A stretch of 64,000 nucleotides of DNA from the human T2T-CHM13v2.0 reference genome, Homo sapiens, in assembly GCF_009914755.1 (NCBI RefSeq), contig NC_060927.1; one strand, given 5' to 3'. The translations under genes were made by a program, and so were the position numbers. Positions 45,170 through 58,900 of this stretch are shown one piece after another. The notes below the pieces were generated by a model. That model had not been told where the DNA came from, searched no databases, and worked only from the letters and a program-made list of their open reading frames with translations. The stretch's first letter is position 1, and each line of letters opens with the position of its first letter.

Positions 45170-46130
45170 ACGCCCAGAGTGCCGAGTTTCGTCGGGCCCT
45201 GGCTGCGCCGGGCCGAGCCCTGCCCCGCGGAGGTCGCCGCCCAGCACGGTCTGCAGATGGCAGCCTCCCGCGGAAAGCCCCGCAACGCCGCTTCCTGCCT
45301 GGGGGCGGCACTTGGGGCCCGCGCCGGGGTTTCAGAAACCTGTTCGAGCCGTTCCTTTATGGCGGAACGTTCTTATTTAGTAAATATTTATTCCACTCCC
45401 CGAGGACCCAGCACTAATCACTGCCACTTCTCTTTAATAATAAATGGTGAACTTCAAATGCGGCAGAACTCAGCCGGCTAATCAGTGCTCGCCGGGAGGT
45501 GCAAAACTGTCTGAAGCCCACCGGTGGACATGAAAGACGGAACATTTCCTGTTCCAGCTCTCGGTGGCCCAGAATAAACTTCAGCCGAATGAGAGGATGT
45601 CTAGGCGGCCGCCCCCCGCGCGCCGGCCCGGGAGCCCGGGTTCCATCTGCCCGCGGCCCGGAGGTGCGCCCCTGCCCGCTTCGCCCCGGGGACCCTCGGA
45701 ACCCGCGGCTCTGCCCTCCACACAATCTGGGCTGCCGCTCCCTTGGGCTTTTCGTGAAAGCTTCCTTTTAAATTCGCTGTTTGGTCGCAAGCCATTTAGC
45801 CCTTTCCGTGGGCCCGGGCGAGGGGCGGAGAGCGGAGAGCGACCCGAGCTCCTGGGAACCTGGGGGCTCCGCGCTGGTGACTCCAGGCCGCCCGCCTCGG
45901 CTCTGGCCAAGGGGTCAGCACGTGGGGTGGCGTTTGCCCCAGCATTCCAGCCCTTTGGTCTCCAAAGGCTTTTTGTATTCACTAGGGAAGGTAAGGGCCG
46001 CCCCTTTAATGGTTGCATTTTGGAATGTAACAAACTATGAGGACCACCCGGTACGCTTGCGTTGGCATCATACGAGCCCCGCGGTCCCACCGTCACCCAC
46101 GGCTGATTTGGAAATGCCACGGGGCCTTTG
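45170..46130. promoter_or_regulatory. CpG island (orphan promoter/enhancer)
   Basis: GC- and CpG-rich unique sequence, GC box GGGGCGG near 45822, E-box CACGTG near 45919, no associated coding exon. Confidence 0.85.
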
Positions 46131-47205
46131 GACATATGGAAAGACTTTTGGCCCAGACACAATAATAAAAATATTCAAAACGTCTTGAGACATAACTCAT
46201 TTATCTACAATTCTGTTTACTCAAGGTGTAATTTTCATTCTATATTGCCCATTCTGGTGAAGACATGAGTGTTTGAAGCGGGCTGACTATAGTTTTATGA
46301 TAAGCCATATTTTAGCTTTAAATAAGAACTGCATTGCCTCCAAAGTATTCCATCTTTTGTGTAACAGAGACCCACAGATCCTAAGTGAAATTTGTTCTCA
46401 AATTTAACACATTTCTGTAACATATTTAAACCTGAGTTAATTTAGAATGGGTTGCTGGCACCACTGGGATTGATACTGAAATGGTTTTGCCTCATTCACA
46501 TCGAGCCCTGCAAATGTACTTTAAATTCTACGCTCTTAATAATCCCTAGGCATGGAGAAAAGATTGGAAGTTCTTTTTCTACAACCGCTCACTGAAAACA
46601 ACACAGTGCACGGTTTCAGTGATGAGCTTGGAGTGCCCCTCTGTGGAAGAAGGTGGGCACTGCAATTTTTCTTTCCTAAATTGACTTGCCGGTGTCTTAG
46701 GAACTGTGGTTCTTTACCTCTGCCAACCATGAAATTCGATGTTACTTTTCCATTAACTTTTGTGGATTGAACCTCACTCCTTGTTTTATATAGAAACTTA
46801 AATATGTGTTGAAAATAATGAATGAATCTTCTTGTCTCTCCTGCCCCCAAAGCTTTCCAACTGATGATAAAAGATGAGAACATTTTCTTGCAAAGCCCAA
46901 AGCTGTGTTAGTACCTATTCTGACATTTAGGACTAGACAGAATGGCTTGATAAGGAGCACAGATAGATGTTATCTTATGTGCCCGCAGGGGCTGCTACAG
47001 AAAGCTACTGAGACAGAGTTTGAGCTCAGGAAGAAAAGAATGATGTGATACAGAAAGTTAGGTGCAGAAAGTAAGTTAGTTACTCTCCCTCCAAAGAGTT
47101 GAAACCTGTGTTATTGATCTATAACAGTGCTGGCCATTGGCTCATTGTCGTGAGTTTATTTCATTTACTTCCGTTTTAATCTCAAAAGTCAACACAGTGT
47201 ATTCA

Positions 47206-47465
47206 GGCAAGGCAAGGTGACTCACACCTGTAATCTCAGCACTTTGGGAGCCTGAGGCAGGAGGATCACCTGAGGTCAGGAGTTTGAGACCAACCTGGGC
47301 AACGTAGCCAGATGCCCATCTCTCAAAACATTTAAAAATTAACTGGTCATGGTGGCGGGTGCTTGTAGTCCTAGCTACTTGGGAGGTTGAGGAGGGAGGA
47401 TCACTTGAGCCCAAGAGTTCAAGGTTGCAGTGAGCCAAGGTTGCACCACGGCACTCCAACCTGGA
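47206..47465 (+). mobile_element. AluJ-like
   Basis: Alu body with no tail. Confidence 0.88.
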
Positions 47466-48226
47466 GTGAAACCTAAATTTGGTTTCCCTCAGAGGTGATA
47501 AATCTTCACCTGAGTCATATGTTCAAGTTATACTTTAACAAGAGATATTTTCATTAGGATGCTTTTAACTGCGACTAAAACCCAAAATCTGTCTTATACA
47601 ATACATGAGTACATTGACTCATATAACTGAAAATTCAGCTCAAGCTTCAAGCAAGGGTTGATATAGAGACCCCCCACAGTGTCACCATAGTATTAATTTC
47701 CTTCCATTTTTCTGCTTTATTGTCCAGGATATTGCCAAAAGGGGGATGGATGAAGCCACCAACATCATGGCTGCTCGAAGGAGGTAACTCAATGTTCTCT
47801 AAGAAGGAACGACACATGAAAATGGCTGTCATTTGAAAAAAATATATTTTTATCAAAGAGAAAATAATCTACAGATAAGACAGTATTTAAGAAGCAAAGC
47901 TTTATTTATTTTGAGTCTGTTTAGGTCCATGGTGGAGGAACTTGTCCTCCCATTTGCCACAGTATAAACGTTTAGTATGCCAATAAAAAGAGGCTGTGGT
48001 GAATCCCAACACACACACCAGGCTTCACACAGCACACCAAACTCAGTGCACCTGAGAGAATCCATGGTCTTGACTCTTCATCGTCTAGGGAAGTAACTGA
48101 GACTCAGGGCAGAGAAGTGAACATAAATTTCATCATATGAAAACTGAAAAGGCACTTCAAAACGTAAGTGGGGATCAAAGCTCTGCACACCAAAACTTGT
48201 TTATTAGTCAAGAAACAACAACTGCA

Positions 48227-48500
48227 GGCCGGATGCACTGGCTCATGCCTGCAATCCCAGCACTTTGGGAGGCCAAGGTGGGTGGATCTTTTGAACCCAG
48301 GAGTTTGAGAATAGCCAGGCAACATGGTGAAAACCCATCGCTACAAAAAATTAGCCAGGCATGGTGGCGTGCACCTGTAGTCCCAGCTACTTAGGAGGCT
48401 GAGGTGAGATGATCACTTGAGCCCAGGAGGTTGAGGCTGCAATGAGCCAAGATCATGCCACTGCACTCCAGCCTGGGTGACAGTGCAAGACCCTTTCTCA
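48227..48500 (+). mobile_element. AluJ-like
   Basis: Alu dimer. Confidence 0.9.
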
Positions 48501-51500
48501 AGACCCTGTGGTCCAATTACAGATAGCAAGCTTCTTTTTCTCTGATACCCACAGCTCCTACTTGGCTTCATATGATGTTTTCTAAATTGATACACACACG
48601 GCAAAGAATACATTCCATAGTGTAGGAAATATAACTGGTATATGAATATCAAGTGCAGGATCTCACCAAGATTATTGTTTAGGATGAGCCTATAGTTTAC
48701 ACATCACTGATAGTCCATCTTTTATACTCTGTTTTTTAACTTTAATTTTAGAATTCAGAAATAGCCATGAACCTTCCATAGAGTCAACCTTGCACATTGA
48801 AAGCAAATTTTACATGCCGCTGTATTCACAGAAAAGATTTGGATACTCTGGATATGTATAAAGGTTTACGAGAAAAAATTTCTAAAGCTTTAAAGGCTGT
48901 CAGTCTCTTTAGTGTCAAGCCACTGATTTCTTTACCTTTTTTTTTTAACTTTTTAAAGAAATGAAGCTCATTGGCTTTCACTCAGTAATGTTCTCACTCC
49001 TCTATTTGTTTTGCAAGGAACTTCAAGTCTCTTCTGTATGTAATCTTCAATCTGCCAAATTGTATGCATGACTTGTGTTGGTGTTAAAAGATAATTGCTC
49101 ATTTGAACATTCTAAATCTAGCCTTCCATGGCAAGTTTACATTCCTCATGCAAGATAAAGTGAATGGGGAGATCATAAAACTGGAGCTATAAGGAACACT
49201 GTTTGATCATGGTAAGATCGGTTTTGTTACTTAATTACTTTGTTTAAATTCATCTGAAGAACCAGTTGTAAATATTTTAAACCTTATTAAAGAAACACTT
49301 GAAAAAAGGGCCTCAGATTTCTGCTTCCGGTCGTAAAAGAGATTAAATATTCTGAAAGATCCTGCCCCTCAAAAACAAGTAGATCCTGGATAAATCATCC
49401 TTTATTTCATTTCTGAATTAGTAAGGACAAGGGGAAATCTTCAATATCCTTCAAAAAAAACTTTTCAAAAGGCAAGACGGTGAGCAATAATAAAAGGGGG
49501 AAATGGGCTGGCCTAAAGACAAAAGCTAATATCAGAGCTGTGTTAGCTGAACTAACTCTCGGGCTAGAAGCAAATAGAGGAACTGTATCTGAAAGTACTA
49601 CTTTAAGCTAACATTCTCAAAGGACACTAAAGTATTCCAGGTCAGTATTTCCCCTGTTTCCTAGCAAAAGCAAAGTGTTTTCTGGAGAAAATTATCCCCT
49701 ATGTATTCCCACAGGATTCTCACAGATTAAAAGGAAACAAATATGAGCTCAAAACCAAAATCAGCAAATACACATTGAAAGAAGTCACCCTTATTACAAG
49801 TCACCAGTAACTACAAATAGATTTAAGCCCCTAAGCCATTCATATTTTGGAATTGTTGGATACAGAATATAAAATTGCAATCTATGAACTGTTTAAATAA
49901 TGAAAGATGTGTTCATAAAATGATTGTTAAGAGACTGTCAAAAATATGCAGATTTGAAAAATAAAAACAAAAAGGACTTTTGGAAATAAATATAATAGTT
50001 GGAAAAGAAAGTTTAACAAATAGTTTAAGTTGCAGATTAGCTGTAGATGAAGAAAGAACTGGTGAACTGGATAATATATCTGAAAGAAATATCCAGGATC
50101 CAGTATAGAGAAAAAAAGGAGGAAATATTAAGATAGATTAAAAGATATGGAAGATAGAATAAAAGGCTTTAATATATATCTAGTCAGAGTCCTTGAGAGG
50201 AGAATAGAGAAAATTGAGAGCTGCTATATTTGAGGAGAAAATGAATTTTTCAGAATTGATGAAATGCAGGCCAGGTATGGTGGCTCATGCCTATAATCTC
50301 AGCATTTTGGGAGGCTGAGGTGGGCAGATCACTTGAGGCCAGGAGTTTGAGAGCAGCCTGGCCAACATGGTGAAACCCCATCTCTACTAAAAAAAAAAAA
50401 AAAACAAGAATTAGCTGGGCGTGGTGGTGTGCACCTGGAATCCCAGCTACTCAGGAGGCTGAGGCAGGAGAATCTCTTGAACCCAGGAGTTGGAGGTCGC
50501 AGTGAGCCGAGAGCACACCACTGCACTCTAGCCTAGGAGACAGAGTGAAACTGCATCTCAAAAAAAAAAAAGAAAAAGAATTGATGAAATACATATGTTC
50601 ATAAGTGAAGAAAATCAATGTATCATAAGCAAGATAAGTAAAAAGAAGTCCATAAAGATACACATTTTAGTGAAATTGCAGACCATAAAAAACAAAAAGA
50701 AGATATTAAAAGTAATTTGAGGCTGGGCACAGTGGCTCACACTGTAATCCCAGCACTTTGGGAAGTCAAGGCGGGTGGATCACCTGAGGTCAGGAGTTTG
50801 AGACCAGCCTGGCCAACATGGTGAAACCCCATCTCTACTAAAGATACAAAAATTAGCCAGGCATGGTGGCAGGCACCTATAGTCCCAGCTACTCAGGAAG
50901 GCTGAAGCAGGAGAATAGCTTGAACCAGGGAGGCAGAGGTTGCAGTGAGCCAAGAGTATGCCATTTCACTCCAGCCTGTGCAACAAGAGCAAAACTCCGT
51001 CTCAAAAAAAAAGTAACTTGAAGGAAAAGGAATGATGATTAGCATCGCAATAGTAGCAATAGAACATAAAAGAAAGGGTTTAATAACTTTAAAATATTTA
51101 GAGAAATTAACTGTCAACTTAAAATTATGGACTCAGCAAAACCATCTTTTCATAAATAGTAAGAAAATAAAGACATATTTAGTTGAACAAAAAACTAGAG
51201 TTTGGCATCAACAGATCTTCACAGAAACTTCTAAAAGATGTCCTTCAATAGAAGAAAATTATTGCAAAAGTCTAAAATGCAGAAAGAAAAAATTGGTACA
51301 AATGTAGATAATTCTAAGATGACATAATATGTATGAAAAAGAGATAAATAAGGACAAAGAGGAAGAAGTAGAAAAAAGAAGGTGAGGACAAGAAGGAGAT
51401 ATAATTTACAGGGTTTAAAAAATAAGGTATAGAACTAAAGTTTTTGCTTTCGATAGCATTTGAGTCAGAAGTAGGTAGCTGACTGAAAAGTGTTATAAGA

Positions 51501-51917
51501 TTCGTTTTATTTTTCAGATCATTTAACTTATTGATTCACTTTAATCTTACTTAAATTTAACATGTTTGATAAGATTTCAATAGTACTAAAAGAAAATAGT
51601 GTATTATGTTTAAGTAGTAAAGGGGAAACATTTGGTTAAGAAAAAAATTTAACCAAAAAAGCTAAATTAATTTTTTAAAGACAAGACAAGAAACAAGAGT
51701 GAAACAAATAGGGGAAATTTTACATTGATAGAAACAAGTCCCAATATACCAATAATCACACCAAATGTAAAAGAATTAAATACCAGTTTTAAAAAAAAGA
51801 AAACATAGCTATACTGTTTATCATATTCATACTTTTTAAATGTGGGAAGGTTAAAAATACGAAGACGAAATACTAGACAAATATCAAAATAATGCAGAGG
51901 CCACTACATTAATATTA

Positions 51918-52163
<246 letters not shown>

Positions 52164-54413
52164 TCACTATGTGATTATAGACATTTTAAACCCATATATA
52201 TATAAGAAAATTGCCTCAAAATCATTATAGGATATTTTAACACACCTCTAGTAATTATTGACAGCTTAGAAGATAGGAAATTAATATAGATAAACAATAT
52301 TTAAACAATATACATAAAAAGGGATTGGTATTAATATAATTAACATATTTAGAATTGTGCCCCTAAACAACTAGAGAATACACATTCTTCTCAACACAGA
52401 AGCAATGTTTTCAAAAATCAACCACTTAAACGCAGCCACACAGCAAGTCTGAACACATCTCAAAGGATAAGTATCATAAATACCATATTCTCTGGCAACA
52501 ATACCATCTAAAAGGAAAAAAATAATAACACAGATTTGATGGACGACTTCAAGCCACACATTCGAGAAGTTTTAATCAGAATAACTACAAAGAAAACTAT
52601 AACCTAGCACATCAGCATAAAACAGCTGAAAACCAAAAACAAGAAGCAAATTTTTAAAGCAGTCAAAAGAGATACTATCTTCAAAGAAGCAACAGTAAAA
52701 TAAGCAGCCATCTTCTCAACAGAAACCATGAATGTCAGAAGACATGTGCTAAAAGAAAATAACAATAATGTAGCGTTTCATATTCACCAAGAATACCCTT
52801 CCAAGGTAAAAGCAAAAGAAAGATAGTTTCAGACCTACAAAGTATGGGTGAATTTGTCACTAACAGGCCTGCATTACGGGAAATGCTAAAGGGCATTCTT
52901 CAGGCAGAAGTAAATGGTCGGTAGTCCCAGATGGAAGCTCAAAGGTGCAAGAAGAAATGAAAACCAAAAGAGAAAATAATATAGAAGTAAATATAAATGA
53001 ATATTTACAATATAAAACAATAAGAATATTGCTTTGTGGGGATAGAGATATAGATATGACAGTAATAGCACAGAAGTCAACAGAACAAGTAGAATGAAAA
53101 TGTTTTTCAGTGTTTGTGATTAACACAGCCGTTCTCAAAGTGTAGTCTCCAGGTCTGCGTTTGCATCACCAGTGTCACTTAGGAAATTGTTGGAAATGCA
53201 AATTCTCATGCCTCAACCCATGCCTGCTGAATCAGAAACCCTGATGACAGAACCCAGCAATCTGTGCTTTAACAAACCCTTAAGGCAATTCTGATGCATG
53301 TTCAAGTTTGAGAACCACTGGCCTGGGAAATAACAAAAGTGACAATTTACATGGATGTTTAATAAATTGAGTAACATGTTGTTATCTCTATGGCAACCAC
53401 TAAAAAGTCATAAAATAATATATAATTACTTAACCAAGGAAGAGGGGACTACAATAATAAAAAAATACTTAATCAACATAAAAGGCAAGAACTTTGAAAA
53501 ATGAGCAGAGGCAATTCAGTGGAGAAAGGACAGTCTTTTCAACAAATGGTGCTGGAACAACTGGGGATATGAAAAAAAAAAAATCCTAGACACAGACCTT
53601 ACACCTTTCACAAAATTTGACTCTAAGCAGATCATAAACCTAAACATTAAAACACTAAACTGTAAAACTTCTAGAAGATAACATAGGATAAAATAGAGGT
53701 GACTTTGGGTTTAGTGGTGTGTTTTTAGATACAACACTAAAAGCACAATCCATGAAAAAAATTAGCAAGTCAGACTTTATTAAAATTAAAAACTCTTCAA
53801 AACACACTTTGCCATTGATGGCATCTGTAAGACTCAAGGCAAAAGGAAATACAGAAGTACTCTAGTTGATAAAGTTTTTCCCCATAGAGGTATGGATTAA
53901 GAATTCTAGTACTGCCTGATACTGCTATACATGTATACAGGAATTGAACAATTAAGTAAATGGATAGCAGATGATAGGAGGCAGTTTTCTCACTGTTGAA
54001 GTAGGAATTTATAGATAAGGAAAAGGAGGGGGGTAGAATGATGTATGTGGTAATGGATTCAAACTAGAAACATCAGTAAAAACTTCTTTAACAATTAACA
54101 ATATGGAAACAGATGGTTACACATAGAAATATTTATAAATATGTGTATATATACAAGGTAGTATACATACATATATTTCATTGCTCTGTCAGGTGAGAAG
54201 CCTGCAAAAAAAAACTACATCTCAATAGCAATGAACACACCTAGCACCCAGATCTTGGTTCCCAACATCATTCTCCAGAATAAAGGAACCAGGGCTCCTT
54301 GCAGAAATGAGTGACTATGACTGGGGCAGGAAATACACAAGATTAGCCTGGGGTGTCTTATAGTGCTACAAGTAAGAAACTGCATTCTCTCTCCCTTACT
54401 CTGTCTCTCTTCT

Positions 54414-54476
<63 letters not shown>

Positions 54477-54702
54477 TTAATGAGAGTATCTCAAAGGGGC
54501 TCAGGACCAAAAAGCTCCCAATGGCCAAAGCTAGAAGGATTTAAGCAATGAAATAAATAGTTTGGGATTAGAGCCCAGAGTATAAAACGCATATCCATGA
54601 GCTCAGATCTGATATAAATATATGATTAAGTAAGTTAATAAACACAGGAAAAGAAACAAATATTCAGTACAAAAAAAGAATTCCAAATAAATTATACTGA
54701 TA

Positions 54703-55234
54703 TGGTGACTAGCTCGGCCAGGCTTGGTGACTACACTGGCCCGGCTACACCGTTCCACACCTCCCACTGTCGGACTGGGCTGCTACCTCTGTGCCTGCCA
54801 GTCATGTTATTAATACTACTGCCACTGCTGTCACTGCTGCTGCTGCTGCTGGGATCTGGCCCTGGGTCCCGCCAGGCCTCCAAGAGGTCACACGTGCACC
54901 GACGTGGGATCCTGGAACTGGCAGGAACTGTGGGTTGTATTGACTCCTGAACCCCACTTACCTATATGAAATACAGTTGCTACTGTGGCCTGGGAGGCCA
55001 TGGCCAGCACCGGGATGCCATTGACTGGACCAGCAGAGAACAAATGCCAAAAGCTCTTGTGCAAGTGTGACCAGGAGATTGCTAACTGCTTAGCCCGAAC
55101 TGAGTACAACTGAAAGTACCTCTTCTACCCCCAGTTTCTGTGAAAGCAGGACTTGCCCAAGTGCGACTGGCTAGCTTGACTTGAAGTGCTCCTTTGCACA
55201 AAGAAATAAAGCTCCTTCTCGCTAATGAAAAAGT
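54703..55234 (+). pseudogene. PLA2G10: Processed pseudogene of group X secreted phospholipase A2
   Basis: VHRRGILELAGTVGC, YCGLGGHG, DAIDW, AENKCQKLLCKCDQEIANCLA and KYLFYPQFL. Intronless, with in-frame stops, AATAAA at 55205, short A tail and imperfect TSD (ATTATACTGATA/ATTATATTGATA). The symbol names the parent gene. Confidence 0.93.
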
Positions 55235-55515
55235 ATTATATTGATACTTCACCCTAATGGAGGGGGAGCAAAACTTGCCACTCCTTAAGGGCTATGTATA
55301 AGGAACTTCCATCCAAGGAGTACAGTTAGAAGAGGGAAATTTAAGTGAGTATTTTTATGATAGGGACACTCAAGAAACAGTAACCCAACCAAGTGATCAA
55401 GGTCAATATCAACCATCATAAATCACATTGATAATCTTGATATTATGTGTGATGAAAATGGCACTTTTCTTCTATAATAAACCCATAACCCCAGTCTAAT
55501 TGTGAGAAAAACATC

Positions 55516-55955
55516 TGTGAACCTAAATAACAGAGAGGGAGACTCTCTAAAAGAAAATGATGTTTATTTGGGAATAAGCATTGCCATGGCAATAAGCAGC
55601 CCATAGTAAACCATATGAGTATTCAGGGAAGTAACAGAAGAAAAAGGCTTTTAGAGGAAAAATGAGGATTATACAATTGTTATGACACTATTATCCTTGG
55701 CTACAGGATCAGTAAGAAGAGTGGCACTAGTCTGAGGTTGAACAGGAAGTTGCTGGGCAGATGTCCTCACAGGGGTACTTCTTTGTGTATAGTTGCAATG
55801 GCCTTTGTGCAAGGTTGTGGTTTCTGCAGTCTTCTGTGATAGTTCTTGTTACCAGGCATTTGGGCTTGAGAAACTTCCCTTCGAGACCTTCCCTGGGTCT
55901 CTTTGTCAGGAATTTTAATGCAAGTGACTCCATTTTGATTCTGACAACTTTCACA
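55516..55955 (-). mobile_element. ERV1-class (MER4-group-like) solo LTR
   Basis: TG..CA ends and GTGACTCCATTTTG motif; interrupts an L1 3' UTR. Confidence 0.65.
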
Positions 55956-58900
55956 TAATCAATAGATTTGTGAAATTTATTCTAATTATATTGAAATTTT
56001 ACAAATTCCAACAGAGGGCATCCTACAGTATACCAGACCAGTATGCCTCAAAACTTGTCAAGGTCATTAAAAGCAAGGAAAATCAAGAGGAATCAGGAGA
56101 CATGAACATTAAATGTAATGTAGTATCTTGGATGAAATCCTGGAACAGAAAAACGAGATTAGGTAAAACCTAAGGACGTTTGGAAAAACTGTGGACTTTA
56201 GTTAGTAATAATGTACCAATATCAATGTATCAATTTTAACAAATATAATGACTAATGTAAGTTGTTAATAATCAGAGAAACTGGGGGTACATAGGAACTC
56301 TGTACTATCTGTTCAATTTTTCTGGAAACCTAAAACTATTCTAAAATAAAGTCTCATTTTTTAAGGCAAGATGAGAGAAAAATAACATTGACTAGATGAG
56401 AAAAATGGAAAGCATATGGTAAGGTGGTAGACATAAATACTTATTCAGTAATTGCATTAAGTGCAAAGAGATTAAATTCTTTCCATTAAAAAAAACAAAG
56501 ATTGTCAGGCTGAATTTTCAAAAACTTTTATATGTTGCTTATAAAAGAAAATTTTTAAAAAATGCACAGAGGTGGCTCATGCCTGTAATCTCAGTGCTTT
56601 GGGAGGCCAAGCAGAAGGACGGCATGAGACCAGGAGTTGGAAAACAGCCTGGGCAATGTACTGAGACCTTGTCTCTACAAAAAAAAATTAAAAATTAGCT
56701 AGACATGGTGGCACACATCTGCAGTCATAGCTACTCAGGAGGCATAGGTAGGAGGATTTCTTGAACCTGGCAGTTTGAGGCTGCAGTGAGCCATGATCGC
56801 ACCACTACACTCCAACGTGGGCAATACAGCAAGACCCCAACTCAAAAAAAAAGGTACAGAAAGATTAAAAATGAAAGAACGGGAAAAGACATGTCATGCA
56901 AATATTAACCTACTATCAGAAATGCTTAGTAGGAAAAAGAAACCAGATATATCTTTTTCCACCATTTTACTTTCAATATTTCTGTATCTTTATATATAAG
57001 GTTGATCTGTTTGGGATGTACTAGATTAGATAAAGTTTAAGACAATAACTTACTGAAAATAAAATGAACATTTCACAATAAAGAAAAGGTCAGTTCACCA
57101 AGAAGACATGGTGATTTGCAGTCTGTAACTACCTAGTAACATTGCCTCAATGTGTATTAAGCAAAAATTGACAGCATTAAAAGGAGAAATAAGCACATCC
57201 ATAATCAGTGAGCTTTTTAAAATACCTATCTCAGTATTGCTAGGACAGGCAGGCAAAAAAGGGGTAAGGATATAGATTATCTTAAATATATGGTTAACAA
57301 CTTGAACTTAGTAAATATAAATAGAAAACCACCCCCACAAATGCAGAATACAAATTGTACACACAGAATGATACAAAAGTTGACTGGCTGTTCTACCATA
57401 AATCACATCTTAACAAATTTTAAAATATTAAATTCGAATATATTCTCTGACTACAGAGGGAAAAAACTAGAAATAAATAACAAAAATGATTAGTAGGAAA
57501 TATCAATATGCTTATAAATTAAACAGTACAGTTCTAAATAATCTAAAAATCAAAGAACAAATCACAATGAAAATTAGAAAATATTTTCAATCGAACAATA
57601 AATATAACACATTCCAAAATATGTAGGCTACATACAAAACCAGGCTTACAAGAGAAATTTATAGCTTTAAATACATATATTATAGATTAAGAATTAATCA
57701 TCTAAGCACTTATTCTCAAAGAGCTAGGAAAAGAACAGCAAAATATTCCCAAAGAAAATTGAAAGATGAAAATAATAAACATAAAAACAAATTGATCTAG
57801 TAGAAAACCCATGTACAATATAGAAATAAGATAAAACACACAAATCATAAAATCTAGGAATGAAAGAGGAGATATTACTACAAATACTATAGACATTTTA
57901 AAATTAATTTAAAAGATATGATAACTTATGCCAATAAATTTGACAATTTAAGTGACACACATGGACAAATTCCTTAGAAAATATAATTTACCAAAAGTGA
58001 CACAAGAACAAATAGAAAAGTTTTCTTTGTGGGTTTTTTTTCACAATTATTCAATTTCTTTAATAGGTAGAGGACTATTTGAGTTATTTGTGTCTTCTTT
58101 CATAAGCTTTGAATTTTAAGCTGTGAAGAAATTTGCCTATTTCATTTAAGTTGTCAAATTTATAAGTTTACAGTTGCAAGTGATATTTATTATCCTTTTA
58201 ATGTCTGCAGGGTTGGTAATTATGTCCCTTTTGTATACCTGATATTGGCTATTTGTGTCTTCACTCTTTTTTTTTTTTTCCTCAATCAGTTTGGCTAGAG
58301 GTTTACCAGCTTTACTAATCTCATCAATTAACCAACTTTTGATTTCATTGATTTTCTCTATTGTTTTTATGTTTCCTATTTCACTGACTTCTGTTCTTAA
58401 CTTTATTGTTATTCTGCTCACTGCTCACTTTGGGCTTGATTTCTCTTCTTTTTCTATTCCTTTTTGGTTTTTTTTTAGAGAGAGAGATGGGGTCTCACTA
58501 TGCTCTCAAACTCCTAGGCTCAAGCAATCCTCCTGCCTTGGCCTACCAAAGTGCTAGGATTACAGGAATGAGCCACTGCACCTGGTATCCCTTTTTCTAT
58601 TTTAAGGTGGGAGCTGATAAAGGACATCTACAAAAGAAACTTAAAATTAATATTATATTTAATAATTAAAAACTGAATGATTTCCCCTTAAGATCAGGAA
58701 CAACACAAGGATGTCCACTCTCACTATTTCCATTCCATATCATAGTGCAGATTGAGTGGAATAAAGCAAGAAAAAGAAACAAAAGACATACAAATTACAA
58801 ATAAAGAAATAAGCCTATCTCTATTTACAGAAACCATAATTTTCTATGTAGAAAATCCTAAAGAATCTATTTTTTAAAAAGACTAGAAACCATGAGTTTA

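Noticed and set aside
45093-46188. Long overlapping ORFs (up to 193 aa) in the CpG island
   Set aside because: Expected from high GC content; Arg/Gly/Pro-rich with no domain.
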